Assembly (NCBI GenBank): GCA_964016885.1
Contig: OZ024748.1
Coordinates: 31,372,001 to 31,436,000, forward strand
Direction: 5' to 3'
Source: Eledone cirrhosa
Lineage: Eukaryota
Length of the DNA: 64,000 bases
Shown: piece after piece, positions 15,830 through 29,500 of the stretch
Layout of the letters: every line of letters starts with the position of its first letter
Position numbering within the stretch: position 1 is the stretch's first letter
The notes under the pieces: model-generated
Seen by the model: only the letters and a program-made list of their open reading frames with translations
The model's database searches: none
What the model was told of the DNA's origin: nothing
Translations under genes and position numbers: made by a program

Positions 15830-17005
15830 TGGGGTTGGTCTATTGCTTGATGGCCACACTGGTGTCTTTATATGAGAAATTTGATCTCCGGACCATCCTG
15901 AAGATATTCAGATTTACCAAGGATTCAGACATACAATGACCCAGAGCCTACCGGGAGTCTTATATAATAGTAGGACCATGCCAGGCCCTGCGGGAGGAAG
16001 TACATTTACATGGAACATTGATTTGGGAGTCTGACTCCTCTTATGGAATGCTCAGATATGACACCCCTTAATGGAAGGTAATCACCCTAATATATACACC
16101 CTAGCACTACTTAATGGACAATACTGTAACCTATAAATAAGTAACATATTCTAGAAATTAGTTAAAACATCATATGGGAGGCACTTATTTGAAACACCAT
16201 TAATGTAATTTGGGATAATAAATTTAACTAAGAAAACCAGCTAGTTACCTCCCCTTACGCATTAATTCCCCTTGGTCATACAGACACTTCCGGGAACTAA
16301 ACAACATGATCTATTAATTAAGAATCGACAAGATACGGTTTATAACTTGGTTATATGCTGAACCATCGTGAATTACATGATAGACCCGTGTTCTATATAT
16401 TGCGCCTCATGGATTATGTGAGTGGTTGTGTGAGCGAAGACAATGGTACTGTTTTGCCTACGATACAATATGGTTTATAATATGTTTGACATTTTTGATA
16501 TTTTGGTGTTTATCTACATTCGGGACTGTATACCATACAGGTGTATGCGAATAAATGACTTAATAATTCAGCCCACATAATAAGATCGATTGCCTGCTTC
16601 AACTGCCTGACCCTGCAAATAACATTCTGACGCACTCTAATCCTGTATAAATAAGACATGCGTGCATGCTACGCATGAGATTGTTTCAAACACTGACTAC
16701 TCTAAACTTTCCTCTTGTTTTATCTTCATAGACTGCCAACGCTTCATTTTTATTTTTATTTTCATTTTTATTTTTATTTTTATCCTGTAACATTTATATG
16801 TAAATTGCCATGCTATATCATTTTTAGGGATGTCACCCCACTGTTGATCAATATGTGCATATGTTTATATGTCTCTTGTGTTGAAAAGGAGGTCAAGTAT
16901 GTTATAGATCACTAAATAGTTGCTCCGAAGAATCCAAACCTCGGTTTGGAGGAAACAATTGTAAGTAAATAAATGACTTAAACTGAACTTTGATTATTGT
17001 AATCT
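15830..17005 (+). mobile_element. Old, decayed PLE 3' remnant ending in an HHR-bearing pLTR
   Basis: Fragmentary thumb-like peptides across frames (LFETPL..F..N..NQLVTS) near 16190-16260; HHR at 16920-16968; ends in (TA)n. Confidence 0.4.
16920..16968 (+). ncRNA. Type I HHR-like motif with U4C core change
   Basis: TTGCT-CCGAAGA-a TCCAAAC ctcg GTTTGGA g-GAAA CAATTG TA-AGTAA: 7-bp stem II, palindromic helix III, GUA, then AATAAA. Confidence 0.68.
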
Positions 17006-17007
17006 CT

Positions 17008-17453
<446 letters not shown>

Positions 17454-17977
17454 AACTTTGAATAACTTTGAAATGTTTTGGCCAGTATTGGCCCAGGCGA
17501 TGTCTAACTTAATAGCACCACCTGGCGAAGTCTTTCAATTCAGGATTTGGGCACCATGGCCCATTCGAGAAGAGAATTACTGTTTGCGGAGACATATCCG
17601 GGTGTGGGTGGTTTGTCCGGGATTACTTGGAGGAATTTGTCCAAAGACTTCTTGAATTTTGTGTGGTCAGTTTCTGTTTTGACGTGTCCTGGTGTGATGT
17701 TGAAGAGAGCAGGGCCGACTGAGGTGAAATAATTGTGCCGTATTGTTGTTATGAGTTGCAATTTAGATTTTTGAATGGGACGCATAGCACGGGGCCCAAG
17801 CCTTGGGTGTATCTTGAAGGCGATGCCAACATCATTTGGGCATGATGGAACATTTTCCACATCATGCAGATAATATAACGCTCACGGCGACGTTGGAGTG
17901 AGTAAAGTTTCAGGTTTTCTAATCGACCCCAGTAGTCAAGGTCTGACATGCCATCTATCTTTTTCGTGATTGCCCTT
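17454..17977 (-). mobile_element. 3' fragment of a CR1/L2-group LINE (ORF2 C-terminus + 3' UTR), frameshifted
   Basis: [25 protein letters not shown] and [25 protein letters not shown]; short repeated TTCAAAGT tail. Confidence 0.75.
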
Positions 17978-18043
17978 TATGTATATATATATGTATATAT
18001 ATATGTATATGTATATATATATGTATATATGTATATATATATG

Positions 18044-18093
<50 letters not shown>

Positions 18094-18139
18094 CATATAT
18101 ATATGTATATATATATATATATGTATATATATATTTATG

Positions 18140-18192
<53 letters not shown>

Positions 18193-18212
18193 GTATATAT
18201 ATATATGTATAT
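17977..18212. repeat. (TA)n/(TATG) microsatellite
   Basis: Direct reading. Confidence 0.95.
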
Positions 18213-18820
18213 CATGTCAGGTCACCAGTTGCTGCTACTGGTAACATGTATCCCAGTACAACCTGTCTCATGGTGTCATTGGCGACTAAACTGGCAACCC
18301 CACCAAGGTTTCTTGGTGAGGAGGGTGACTTTGGACATCCTGCAGGACTAAAAACAAAACCTGTCAAAGGGCAAAGGAGCTCTTAAGAGTCAATCGCCAT
18401 CCAAAATCACCGGGAGAGATGACCCATTAGCCTTTGTCAAGGCAGAATTCTAGGAGAAGGAAAACTCTGATATAACACCTGCAACCCTGATGGTATCCAA
18501 TGATGTTGACTTGTTCTTCTTTTTGGTAAATATCATCTTGGTTAAGAGAGTAGGACTGGCTTTGTGCAGTGCCTTTGCTCACTATAAAAGCTTCACGGAA
18601 CAGGCATTGCTTTATATCTGGAGATCTCTCTGCTCTTGTCGTCACATGGTACCATGGGTCCAGCACTATGTGTCAATAATTGTCACAAGTGTAGTGTTTG
18701 TACCAGAGTTTTCAAGTCGCTGACTGGACTAAAAAGTCACACTCGTTCAGTGCATCGGTAGGGGTTCTCCTACATGGATATAAAGTAGTGGCCGTACTCG
18801 AAAACGAGTTGGCAGCCAAC
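18213..18820 (+). mobile_element. Short internally deleted RTE-like LINE derivative
   Basis: RTE 5'UTR-like CTAGGAGAAGGAAAACTCTGA (~18450-18470); terminal C2H2 finger CSVCTRVFKSLTGLKSHTRSVH-R-stop (18690-18761); 3' stem-loop CTCGAAAACGAG. Confidence 0.6.
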
Positions 18821-18989
18821 ATATATGTATATATATATATATATATATGTATTAGAAAGTGAGGTTTTTTTTACAAAATGAAAAATAACCGAGGTGTCCT
18901 ACACGAGTGAAAGTATAAAGAAAAAGAGATGAAATCGAAAATGCAACTGAAGTCTTATTTTTTTTTTAAATATATATATTTATTTGGTT

Positions 18990-19027
18990 CCTTTACCGGT
19001 TTCGCAGTTCTTCTGCTTTTCAAAAGG
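18990..19027 (-). ncRNA. HHR with U3:A8 core (left-arm copy)
   Basis: Reverse complement of 20058-20095. Confidence 0.7.
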
Positions 19028-20057
19028 TGAGTTGAGATGGAGGGTCTGTGGTTTTTCTCACATCTGGTTGGTCTCTGAATGTTACTTGTTTTATATGGAA
19101 AAAGTGGTTCGAAATGCCAGGTTTTTCGAGAAGTAATTTGATTGGTTTGTCAATAATTATAATAAATTTCGCGCCAGTTTGCGTTACAATAGTTCTTCAA
19201 ATAAGAGGGGGGGGGGGGGGGGGTTGTCACAGGTTGTTTTTTCATATATGAGTGTTTGAATTTCTTTTTACTTGAAAAAAGGAGGCTCACGAAGGTTTTT
19301 TTTTGAAATTTGGCTGTCACGTGAACAAGTTTTCATTACATTTTTGCGCCTTTATTTGGAAAACTATTCTGTAGCCTTTATAGTGAATGTTATGACAATG
19401 GAGAGATAGTGGTCAAGAGAAAAGGGGTTGGGAGAAATGTTCTGGTTCAGTGAATATGTATATATACACACACACAAAATATATATTCTCTCCATCTTAA
19501 CATACTCGCACACACACACATAACACCCATATACACACACACACAACTCCCTCCCCCATCTCTACTAATAGAATCATCTTCCAATACACACATACACACA
19601 CACACACACACACATACACACACACAAGCACACAAATAAACATACATATCTTCAGTCTCAATAGAAAATCTGAACTCTGACACCCCGGCGAGCTGGCCAT
19701 ATTCACTGAACCAGAACATTTCTCCCAATCCCTTTTCTCTTGACCACTATCTCTCCATTGTCATAACATTCACTATAAACCAACCAAAAAAAAGCCTTCG
19801 TGAGCCTCCTTTTTTCAAGTAAAAAGAAATTCAAACACTCATATATGAAAAAACAACCTGTGACAACCCCCCCCCCCCTCTTATTTGAAGAACTATTGTA
19901 ACGCGAACTGGCGCGAAATTTATTATAATTATTGACAAACCAATCAAATTACTTCTCGAAAAACCTGGCATTTCGAGCCACTTTTTCCATATAAAACAAG
20001 TAACATTCAGAGACCAACCAGATGTGAGAAAAACCACAGACCCTCCATCTCGACTCA

Positions 20058-20095
20058 CCTTTTGAAAAGCAGAAGAACTGCGAAACCGGTAAAGG
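20058..20095 (+). ncRNA. Minimal type I HHR with U3:A8 core covariation
   Basis: CCTT-TTGAAAA-GCAG aagaa CTGC-GAAA CCGG TA-AAGG: 4-bp stems I and II, palindromic ACCGGT, GUA. Confidence 0.72.
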
Positions 20096-20285
20096 AACCA
20101 AATAAATATATATATTTTTTAAAAAAATAAGACTTCAGTTGCATTTTCGATTTCATCTCTTTTTCTTTATATATATGTATATGTATAAGCAGAAGGACTG
20201 CGAAACCGGTAAAGGAACCAAATAAATATATATATTTTTTAAAAGAATAAGACTTCAGTTGCATTTTCGATTTCATCTCTTTTTC

Positions 20286-20571
<286 letters not shown>

Positions 20572-20577
<6 letters not shown>

Positions 20578-23500
20578 GAAAAATTGAACAGGGACAGAAC
20601 AGAGAGGCAGTACGACAAATGTTTATTAAATTCACGCTCAGGAGAGTGGGGGGTAGGTGGAGGACGACGTTTCGGGCATAAGCCCTTCTTCAGGAGAGAG
20701 TTCAAAAGGTGTGTAGGGGAGTGGTGGAGAGACATATAGCGAAGGGAAACGGTGCGAATGAAAAATTAACAAATAAAGACAAACAATTGTAGGAACACAG
20801 GCAAAGAATCATATACGGAAAAAAAAGGGGTACGGTAACAAAATCAAACAGAGGTAATGCGTGGAAGGAAAGACAAAGTGTGGGAAGGTGTGTAAAGTTC
20901 GGAGAAAGGTCACGGCGGATTAGATCGGGGTTGAGCCGGTTGTTAAGTTAAGTTCCAAGGATGGAGGCCGTGTGAGCGTGTGTTTTGTATAATGAAAAAT
21001 TGAACAGGGACAGAACAGAGAGGCAGTACGACAAATGTTTATTAAATTCACGCTCAGGAGAGTGGGGGGTAGGTGGAGGACGACGTTTCGGGCATAAGCC
21101 CTTCTTCAGGAGAGAGTTCAAAAGGTGTGTAGGGGAGTGGTGGAGAGACATATAGCGAAAGGAAACGGTGCGAATGAAAAATTAACAAATAAAGACAAAC
21201 AATTGTAGGAACACAGGCAAAGAATCATATACGGAAAAAAAAGGGGTACGGTAACAAAATCAAACAGAGGTAATGAGTGGAAGGAAAGACAAAGTGTGGG
21301 AAGGTGTGTAAAGTTCGGAGAAAGGTCACGGCGGATTAGATCGGGGTTGAGCCGGTTGTTAAGTTAAGTTCCAAGGATGGAGGCCGTGTGAGCGTGTGTT
21401 TTGTATAATGAAAAATTGAACAGGGACAGAACAGAGAGGCAGTACGACAAATGTTTATTAAATTCACGCTCAGGAGAGTGGGGGGTAGGTGGAGGACGAC
21501 GTTTCGGGCATAAGCCCTTCTTCAGGAGAGAGTTCAAAAGGTGTGTAGGGGAGTGGTGGAGAGACATATAGCGAAAGGAAACGGTGCGAATGAAAAATTA
21601 ACAAATAAAGACAAACAATTGTAGGAACACAGGCAAAGAATCATATACGGAAAAAAAAGGGGTACGGTAACAAAATCAAACAGAGGTAATGCGTGGAAGG
21701 AAAGACAAAGTGTGGGAAGGTGTGTAAAGTTCGGAGAAAGGTCACGGCGGATTAGATCGGGGTTGAGCCGGTTGTTAAGTTAAGTTCCAAGGATGGAGGC
21801 CGTGTGAGCGTGTGTTTTGTATAATGAAAAATTGAACAGGGACAGAACAGAGAGGCAGTACGACAAATGTTTATTAAATTCACGCTCAGGAGAGTGGGGG
21901 GTAGGTGGAGGACGACGTTTCGGGCATAAGCCCTTCTTCAGGAGAGAGTTCAAAAGGTGTGTAGGGGAGTGGTGGAGAGACATATAGCGAAAGGAAACGG
22001 TGCGAATGAAAAATTAACAAATAAAGACAAATAATTGTAGGAACACAGGCAAAGAATCATATACGGAAAAAAAAGGGGTACGGTAACAAAATCAAGCAGA
22101 GGTAATGCGTGGAAGGAAAGACAAAGTGTGGGAAGGTGTGTAAAGTTCGGAGAAAGGTCACGGCGGATTAGATCGGGGTTGAGCCGGTTATTAAGTTAAG
22201 TTCCAAGGATGGAGGCCGTGTGAGCGTGTGTTTTGTATAATGAAAAATTGAACAGGGACAGAACAGAGAGGCAGTACGACAAATGTTTATTAAATTCACG
22301 CTCAGGAAAGTGGGGGGTAGGTGGAGGACGACGTTTCGGGCATAAGCCCTTCTTCAGGTGAGAGTTCAAAAGGTGTGTAGGGGGGGGGGGGGAGACATAT
22401 AGCGAAAGGAAACGGTGCGAATGAAAAATTAACAAATAAAGACAAACAATTGTAGGAACACAGGCAAAGAATCATATACGGAATAAAAAGGGGTACGGTA
22501 ACAAAATCAAACAGAGGTAATGCGTGGAAGGAAAGACAAAGTGTGGGAAGGTGTGTAAAGTTCGGAGAAAGGTCACGGCGGATTAGATCGGGGTTGAGCC
22601 GGTTGTTAAGTTAAGTTCCAAGGATGGAGGCCGTGTGAGCGTGTGTTTTGTATAATGAAAAATTGAACAGGGACAGAACAGAGAGGCAGTACGACAAATG
22701 TTTATTAAATTCACGCTCAGGAGAGTGGGGGGTAGGTGGAGGACGACGTTTCGGGCATAAGCCCTTCTTCAGGTGAGAGTTCAAAAGGTGTGTAGGGGAG
22801 TGGTGGAGAGACATATAGCGAAAGGAAACGGTGCGAATGAAAAATTAACAAATAAAGACAAACAATTGTAGGAACACAGACAAAGAATCATATACGGAAT
22901 AAAAAGGGGTACGGTAACAAAATCAAACAGAGGTAATGCGTGGAAGGAAAGACAAAGTGTGGGAAGGTGTGTAAAGTTCGGAGAAAGGTCACGGCGGATT
23001 AGATCGGGGTTGAGCCGGTTGTTAAGTTAAGTTCCAAGGATGGAGGCCGTGTGAGCGTGTGTTTTGTATAATGAAAAATTGAACAGGGACAGAACAGAGA
23101 GGCAGTACGACAAATGTTTATTAAATTCACGCTCAGGAGAGTGGGGGGTAGGTGGAGGACGACGTTTCGGGCATAAGCCCTTTCAGGTGAGAGTTCAAAA
23201 GGTGTGTAGGGGAGTGGTGGAGAGACATATAGCGAAAGGAAACGGTGCGAATGAAAAATTAACAAATAAAGACAAACAATTGTAGGAACACAGGCAAAGA
23301 ATCATATACGGAAAAAAAAGGAGTACGGTAACAAAATCAAACAGAGGTAATGCGTGGAAGGAAAGACAAAGTGTGGGAAGGTGTGTAAAGTTCGGAGAAA
23401 GGTCACGGCGGATTAGATCGGGGTTGAGCCGGTTGTTAAGTTAAGATCCAAGGATGGAGGCCGTGTGAGCGTGTGTTTTGTATAATGAAAAATTGAACAG

Positions 23501-26500
23501 GGACAGAACAGAGAGGCAGTACGACAAATGTTTATTAAATTCACGCTCAGGAGAGTGGGGGGTAGGTGGAGGACGACGTTTCGGGCATAAGCCCTTCTTC
23601 AGGTGAGAGTTCAAAAGGTGTGTAGGGGAGTGGTGGAGAGACATATAGCGAAAGGAAACGGTGCGAATGAAAAATTAACAAATAAAGACAAACAATTGTA
23701 GGAACACAGGCAAAGAATCATATACGGAAAAAAAGGGGTACGGTAACAAAATCAAACAGAGGTAATGCGTGGAAGGAAAGACAAAGTGTGGGAAGGTATG
23801 TAAAGTTCGGAGAAAGGTCACGGCGGATTAGATCGGGGTTGAGCCGGTTGTTAAGTTAAGTTCCAAGGATGGAGGCCGTGTGAGCGTGTGTTTTGTATAA
23901 TGAAAAATTGAACAGGGACAGAACAGAGAGGCAGTACGACAAATGTTTATTAAATTCACGCTCAGGAGAGTGGGGGGTAGGTGGAGGACGACGTTTCGGG
24001 CATAAGCCCTTCTTCAGGTGAGAGTTCAAAAGGTGTGTAGGGGAGTGGTGGAGAGACATATAGCGAAAGGAAACGGTGCGAATGAAAAATTAACAAATAA
24101 AGACAAACAATTGTAGGAACACAGGCAAAGAATCATGTACGGAAAAAAAAGGGGTACGGTAACAAAATCAAACAGAGGTAATGCGTGGAAGGAAAGACAA
24201 AGTGTGGGAAGGTGTGTAAAGTTCGGAGAAAGGTCACGGCGGATTAGATCGGGGTTGAGCCGGTTGTTAAGTTAAGTTCCAAGGATGGAGGCCGTGTGAG
24301 CGTGTGTTTTGTATAATGAAAAATTGAACAGGGACAGAACAGAGAGGCAGTACGACAAATGTTTATTAAATTCACGCTCAGGAGAGTGGGGGGTAGGTGG
24401 AGGACGACGTTTCGGGCATAAGCCCTTCTTCAGGAGAGAGTTCAAAAGGTGTGTAGGGGAGTGGTGGAGAGACATATAGCGAAAGGAAACGGTGCGAATG
24501 AAAAATTAACAAATAAAGACAAACAATTGTAGGAACACAGGCAAAGAATCATATACGGAAAAAAAGGGGTACGGTAACAAAATCAAGCAGAGGTAATGCG
24601 TGGAAGGAAAGACAAAGTGTGGGAAGGTGTGTAAAGTTCGGAGAAAGGTCACGGCGGATTAGATCGGGGTTGAGCCGGTTGTTAAGTTAAGTTCCAAGGA
24701 TGGAGGCCGTGTGAGCGTGTGTTTTGTATAATGAAAAATTGAACAGGGACAGAACAGAGAGGCAGTACGACAAATGTTTATTAAATTCACGCTCAGGAAA
24801 GTGGGGGGTAGGTGGAGGACGACGTTTCGGGCATAAGCCCTTCTTCAGGTGAGAGTTCAAAAGGTGTGTAGGGGGGGGGGGGGGAGACATATAGCGAAAG
24901 GAAACGGTGCGAATGAAAAATTAACAAATAAAGACAAACAATTGTAGGAACACAGGCAAAGAATCATATACGGAAAAAAAAGGGGTACGGTAACAAAATC
25001 AAACAGAGGTAATGCGTGGAAGGAAAGACAAAGTGTGGGAAGGTGTGTAAAGTTCGGAGAAAGGTCACGGCGGATTAGATCGGGGTTGAGCCGGTTGTTA
25101 AGTTAAGTTCCAAGGATGGAGGCTGTGTGAGCGTGTGTTTTGTATAATGAAAAATTGAACAGGGACAGAACAGAGAGGCAGTACGACAAATGTTTATTAA
25201 ATTCACGCTCAGGAGAGTGTGGGGTAGGTGGAGGACGACGTTTCGGGCATAAGCCCTTCTTCAGGTGAGAGTTCAAAAGGTGTGTAGGGGAGTGGTGGAG
25301 AGACATATAGCGAAAGGAAACGGTGCGAATGAAAAATTAACAAATAAAGACAAACAATTGTAGGAACACAGGCAAAGAATCATATACGGAAAAAAAAGGG
25401 GTACGGTAACAAAATCAAACAGAGGTAATGCGTGGAAGGAAAGACAAAGTGTGGGAAGGTGTGTAAAGTTCGGAGAAAGGTTACGGCGGATTAGATCGGG
25501 GTTGAGCCGGTTGTTAAGTTAAGTTCCAAGGATGGAGGCCGTGTGAGCGTGTGTTTTGTATAATGAAAAATTGAACAGGGACAGAACAGAGAGGCAGTAC
25601 GACAAATGTTTATTAAATTCACGCTCAGGAGAGTGGGGGGTAGGTGGAGGACGATGTTTCGGGCATAAGCCCTTCTTCAGGTGAGAGTTCAAAAGGTGTG
25701 TAGGGGGGTGGTGGAGAGACATATAGCGAAAGGAAACGGTGCGAATGAAAAATTAACAAATAAAGACAAACAATTGTAGGAACACAGACAAAGAATCATA
25801 TACGGAATAAAAAAGGGTACGGTAACAAAATCAAACAGAGGTAATGCGTGGAAGGAAAGACAAAGTGTGGGAAGGTGTGTAAAGTTCGGAGAAAGGTCAC
25901 GGCGGATTAGATCGGGGTTGAGCCGGTTGTTAAGTTAAGTTCCAAGGATGGAGGCCGTGTGAGCGTGTGTTTTGTATAATGAAAAATTGAACAGGGACAG
26001 AACAGAGAGGCAGTACGACAAATGTTTATTAAATTCACGCTCAGGAGAGTGGGGGGTAGGTGGAGGACGACGTTTCGGGCATAAGCCCTTCTTCAGGTGA
26101 GAGTTCAAAAGGTGTGTAGGGGAGTGGTGGAGAGACATATAGCGAAAGGAAACGGTGCGAATGAAAAATTAACAAATAAAGACAAACAATTGTAGGAACA
26201 CAGGCAAAGAATCATATACGGAAAAAAAAGGAGTACGGTAACAAAATCAAACAGAGGTAATGCGTGGAAGGAAAGACAAAGTGTGGGAAGGTGTGTAAAG
26301 TTCGGAGAAAGGTCACGGCGGATTAGATCGGGGTTGAGCCGGTTGTTAAGTTAAGATCCAAGGATGGAGGCCGTGTGAGCGTGTGTTTTGTATAATGAAA
26401 AATTGAACAGGGACAGAACAGAGAGGCAGTACGACAAATGTTTATTAAATTCACGCTCAGGAGAGTGGGGGGTAGGTGGAGGACGACGTTTCGGGCATAA

Positions 26501-29500
26501 GCCCTTCTTCAGGTGAGAGTTCAAAAGGTGTGTAGGGGAGTGGTGGAGAGACATATAGCGAAAGGAAACGGTGCGAATGAAAAATTAACAAATAAAGACA
26601 AACAATTGTAGGAACACAGGCAAAGAATCATATACGGAAAAAAAAGGGGTACGGTAACAAAATCAAACAGAGGTAATGCGTGGAAGGAAAGACAAAGTGT
26701 GGGAAGGTGTGTAAAGTTCGGAGAAAGGTCACGGCGGATTAGATCGGTGTTGAGCCGGTTGTTAAGTTAAGTTCCAAGGATGGAGGCCGTGTGAGCGTGT
26801 GTTTTGTATAATGAAAAATTGAACAGGGACAGAACAGAGAGGCAGTACGACAAATGTTTATTAAATTCACGCTCAGGAGAGTGGGGGGTAGGTGGAAGAC
26901 GACGTTTCGGGCATAAGCCCTTCTTCAGGTGAGAGTTCAAAAGGTGTGTAGGGGAGTGGTGGAGAGACATATAGCGAAAGGAAACGGTGCGAATGAAAAA
27001 TTAACAAATAAAGACAAACAATTGTAGGAACACAGGCAAAGAATCATATACGTAAAAAAAAGGGGTACGGTAACAAAATCAAACAGAGGTAATGCGTGGA
27101 AGGAAAGACAAAGTGTGGGAAGGTGTGTAAAGTTCGGAGAAAGGTCACGGCGGATTAGATCGGGGTTGAGCCGGTTAAGTTCCAAGGATGGAGGCCGATG
27201 GAGGTACGGTAACAAAATCAAACAGAGGTAATGCGTGGAAGGAAAGACAAAGTGTGGGAAGGTGTGTAAAGTTCGGAGAAAGGTCACGGCGGATTAGATC
27301 GGGGTTGTGCCGGTTGTTAAGTTAAGTTCCAAGGATGGAGGCCGTGTGAGCGTGTGTTTTGTATAATGAAAAATTGAACAGGGACAGAACAGAGAGGCAG
27401 TACGACAAATGTTTATTAAATTCACGCTCAGGAGAGTGGGGGGTAGGTGGAGGACGACGTTTCGGGCATAAGCCCTTCTTCAGGTGAGAGTTCAAAAGGT
27501 GTGTAGGGGAGTGGTGGAGAGACATATAGCGAAAGGAAACGGTGCGAATGAAAAATTAACAAATAAAGACAAACAATTGTAGGAACACAGGCAAAGAATC
27601 ATATACGGAAAAAAAAGGAGTACGGTAACAAAATCAAACAGAGGTAATGCGTGGAAGGAAAGACAAAGTGTGGGAAGGTGTGTAAAGTTCGGAGAAAGGT
27701 CACGGCGGATTAGATCGGGGTTGAGCCGGTTGTTAAGTTAAGATCCAAGGATGGAGGCCGTGTGAGCGTGTGTTTTGTATAATGAAAAATTGAACAGGGA
27801 CAGAACAGAGAGGCAGTACGACAAATGTTTATTAAATTCACGCTCAGGAGAGTGGGGGGTAGGTGGAGGACGACGTTTCGGGCATAAGCCCTTCTTCAGG
27901 TGAGAGTTCAAAAGGTGTGTAGGGGAGTGGTGGAGAGACATATAGCGAAAGGAAACGGTGCGAATGAAAAATTAACAAATAAAGACAAACAATTGTAGGA
28001 ACACAGGCAAAGAATCATATACGGAAAAAAAGGGGTACGGTAACAAAATCAAACAGAGGTAATGCGTGGAAGGAAAGACAAAGTGTGGGAAGGTATGTAA
28101 AGTTCGGAGAAAGGTCACGGCGGATTAGATCGGGGTTGAGCCGGTTGTTAAGTTAAGTTCCAAGGATGGAGGCCGTGTGAGCGTGTGTTTTGTATAATGA
28201 AAAATTGAACAGGGACAGAACAGAGAGGCAGTACGACAAATGTTTATTAAATTCACGCTCAGGAGAGTGGGGGGTAGGTGGAGGACGACGTTTCGGGCAT
28301 AAGCCCTTCTTCAGGTGAGAGTTCAAAAGGTGTGTAGGGGAGTGGTGGAGAGACATATAGCGAAAGGAAACGGTGCGAATGAAAAATTAACAAATAAAGA
28401 CAAACAATTGTAGGAACACAGGCAAAGAATCATATACGGAAAAAAAAGGGGTACGGTAACAAAATCAAACAGAGGTAATGCGTGGAAGGAAAGACAAAGT
28501 GTGGGAAGGTGTGTAAAGTTCGGAGAAAGGTCACGGCGGATTAGATCGGTGTTGAGCCGGTTGTTAAGTTAAGTTCCAAGGATGGAGGCCGTGTGAGCGT
28601 GTGTTTTGTATAATGAAAAATTGAACAGGGACAGAACAGAGAGGCAGTACGACAAATGTTTATCAAATTCACGCTCAGGAGAGTGGGGGGTAGGTGGAAG
28701 ACGACGTTTCGGGCATAAGCCCTTCTTCAGGTGAGAGTTCAAAAGGTGTGTAGGGGAGTGGTGGAGAGACATATAGCGAAAGGAAACGGTGCGAATGAAA
28801 AATTAACAAATAAAGACAAACAATTGTAGGAACACAGGCAAAGAATCATATACGTAAAAAAAAGGGGTACGGTAACAAAATCAAACAGAGGTAATGCGTG
28901 GAAGGAAAGACAAAGTGTGGGAAGGTGTGTAAAGTTCGGAGAAAGGTCACGGCGGATTAGATCGGGGTTGAGCCGGTTAAGTTCCAAGGATGGAGGCCGA
29001 TGGAGGTACGGTAACAAAATCAAACAGAGGTAATGCGTGGAAGGAAAGACAAAGTGTGGGAAGGTGTGTAAAGTTCGGAGAAAGGTCACGGCGGATTAGA
29101 TCGGGGTTGAGCCGGTTGTTAAGTTAAGTTCCAAGGATGGAGGCCGTGTGAGCGTGTGTTTTGTATAATGAAAAATTGAACAGGGACAGAACAGAGAGGC
29201 AGTACGACAAATGTTTATTAAATTCACGCTCAGGAGAGTGGGGGGTAGGTGGAGGACGACGTTTCGGGCATAAGCCCTTCTTCAGGTGAGAGTTCAAAAG
29301 GTGTGTAGGGGAGTGGTGGAGAGACATATAGCGAAAGGAAACGGTGCGAATGAAAAATTAACAAATAAAGACAAACAATTGTAGGAACACAGGTAAAGAA
29401 TCATATACGGAAAAAAAGGGGTACGGTAACAAAATCAAACAGAGGTAATGCGTGGAAGGAAAGACAAAGTGTGGGAAGGTGTGTAAAGTTCGGAGAAAGG

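Noticed and set aside
18690-18761. Host C2H2 zinc-finger gene exon
   Set aside because: A single finger followed by a stop and an RTE-like 3' end fits a retrotransposon ORF terminus better
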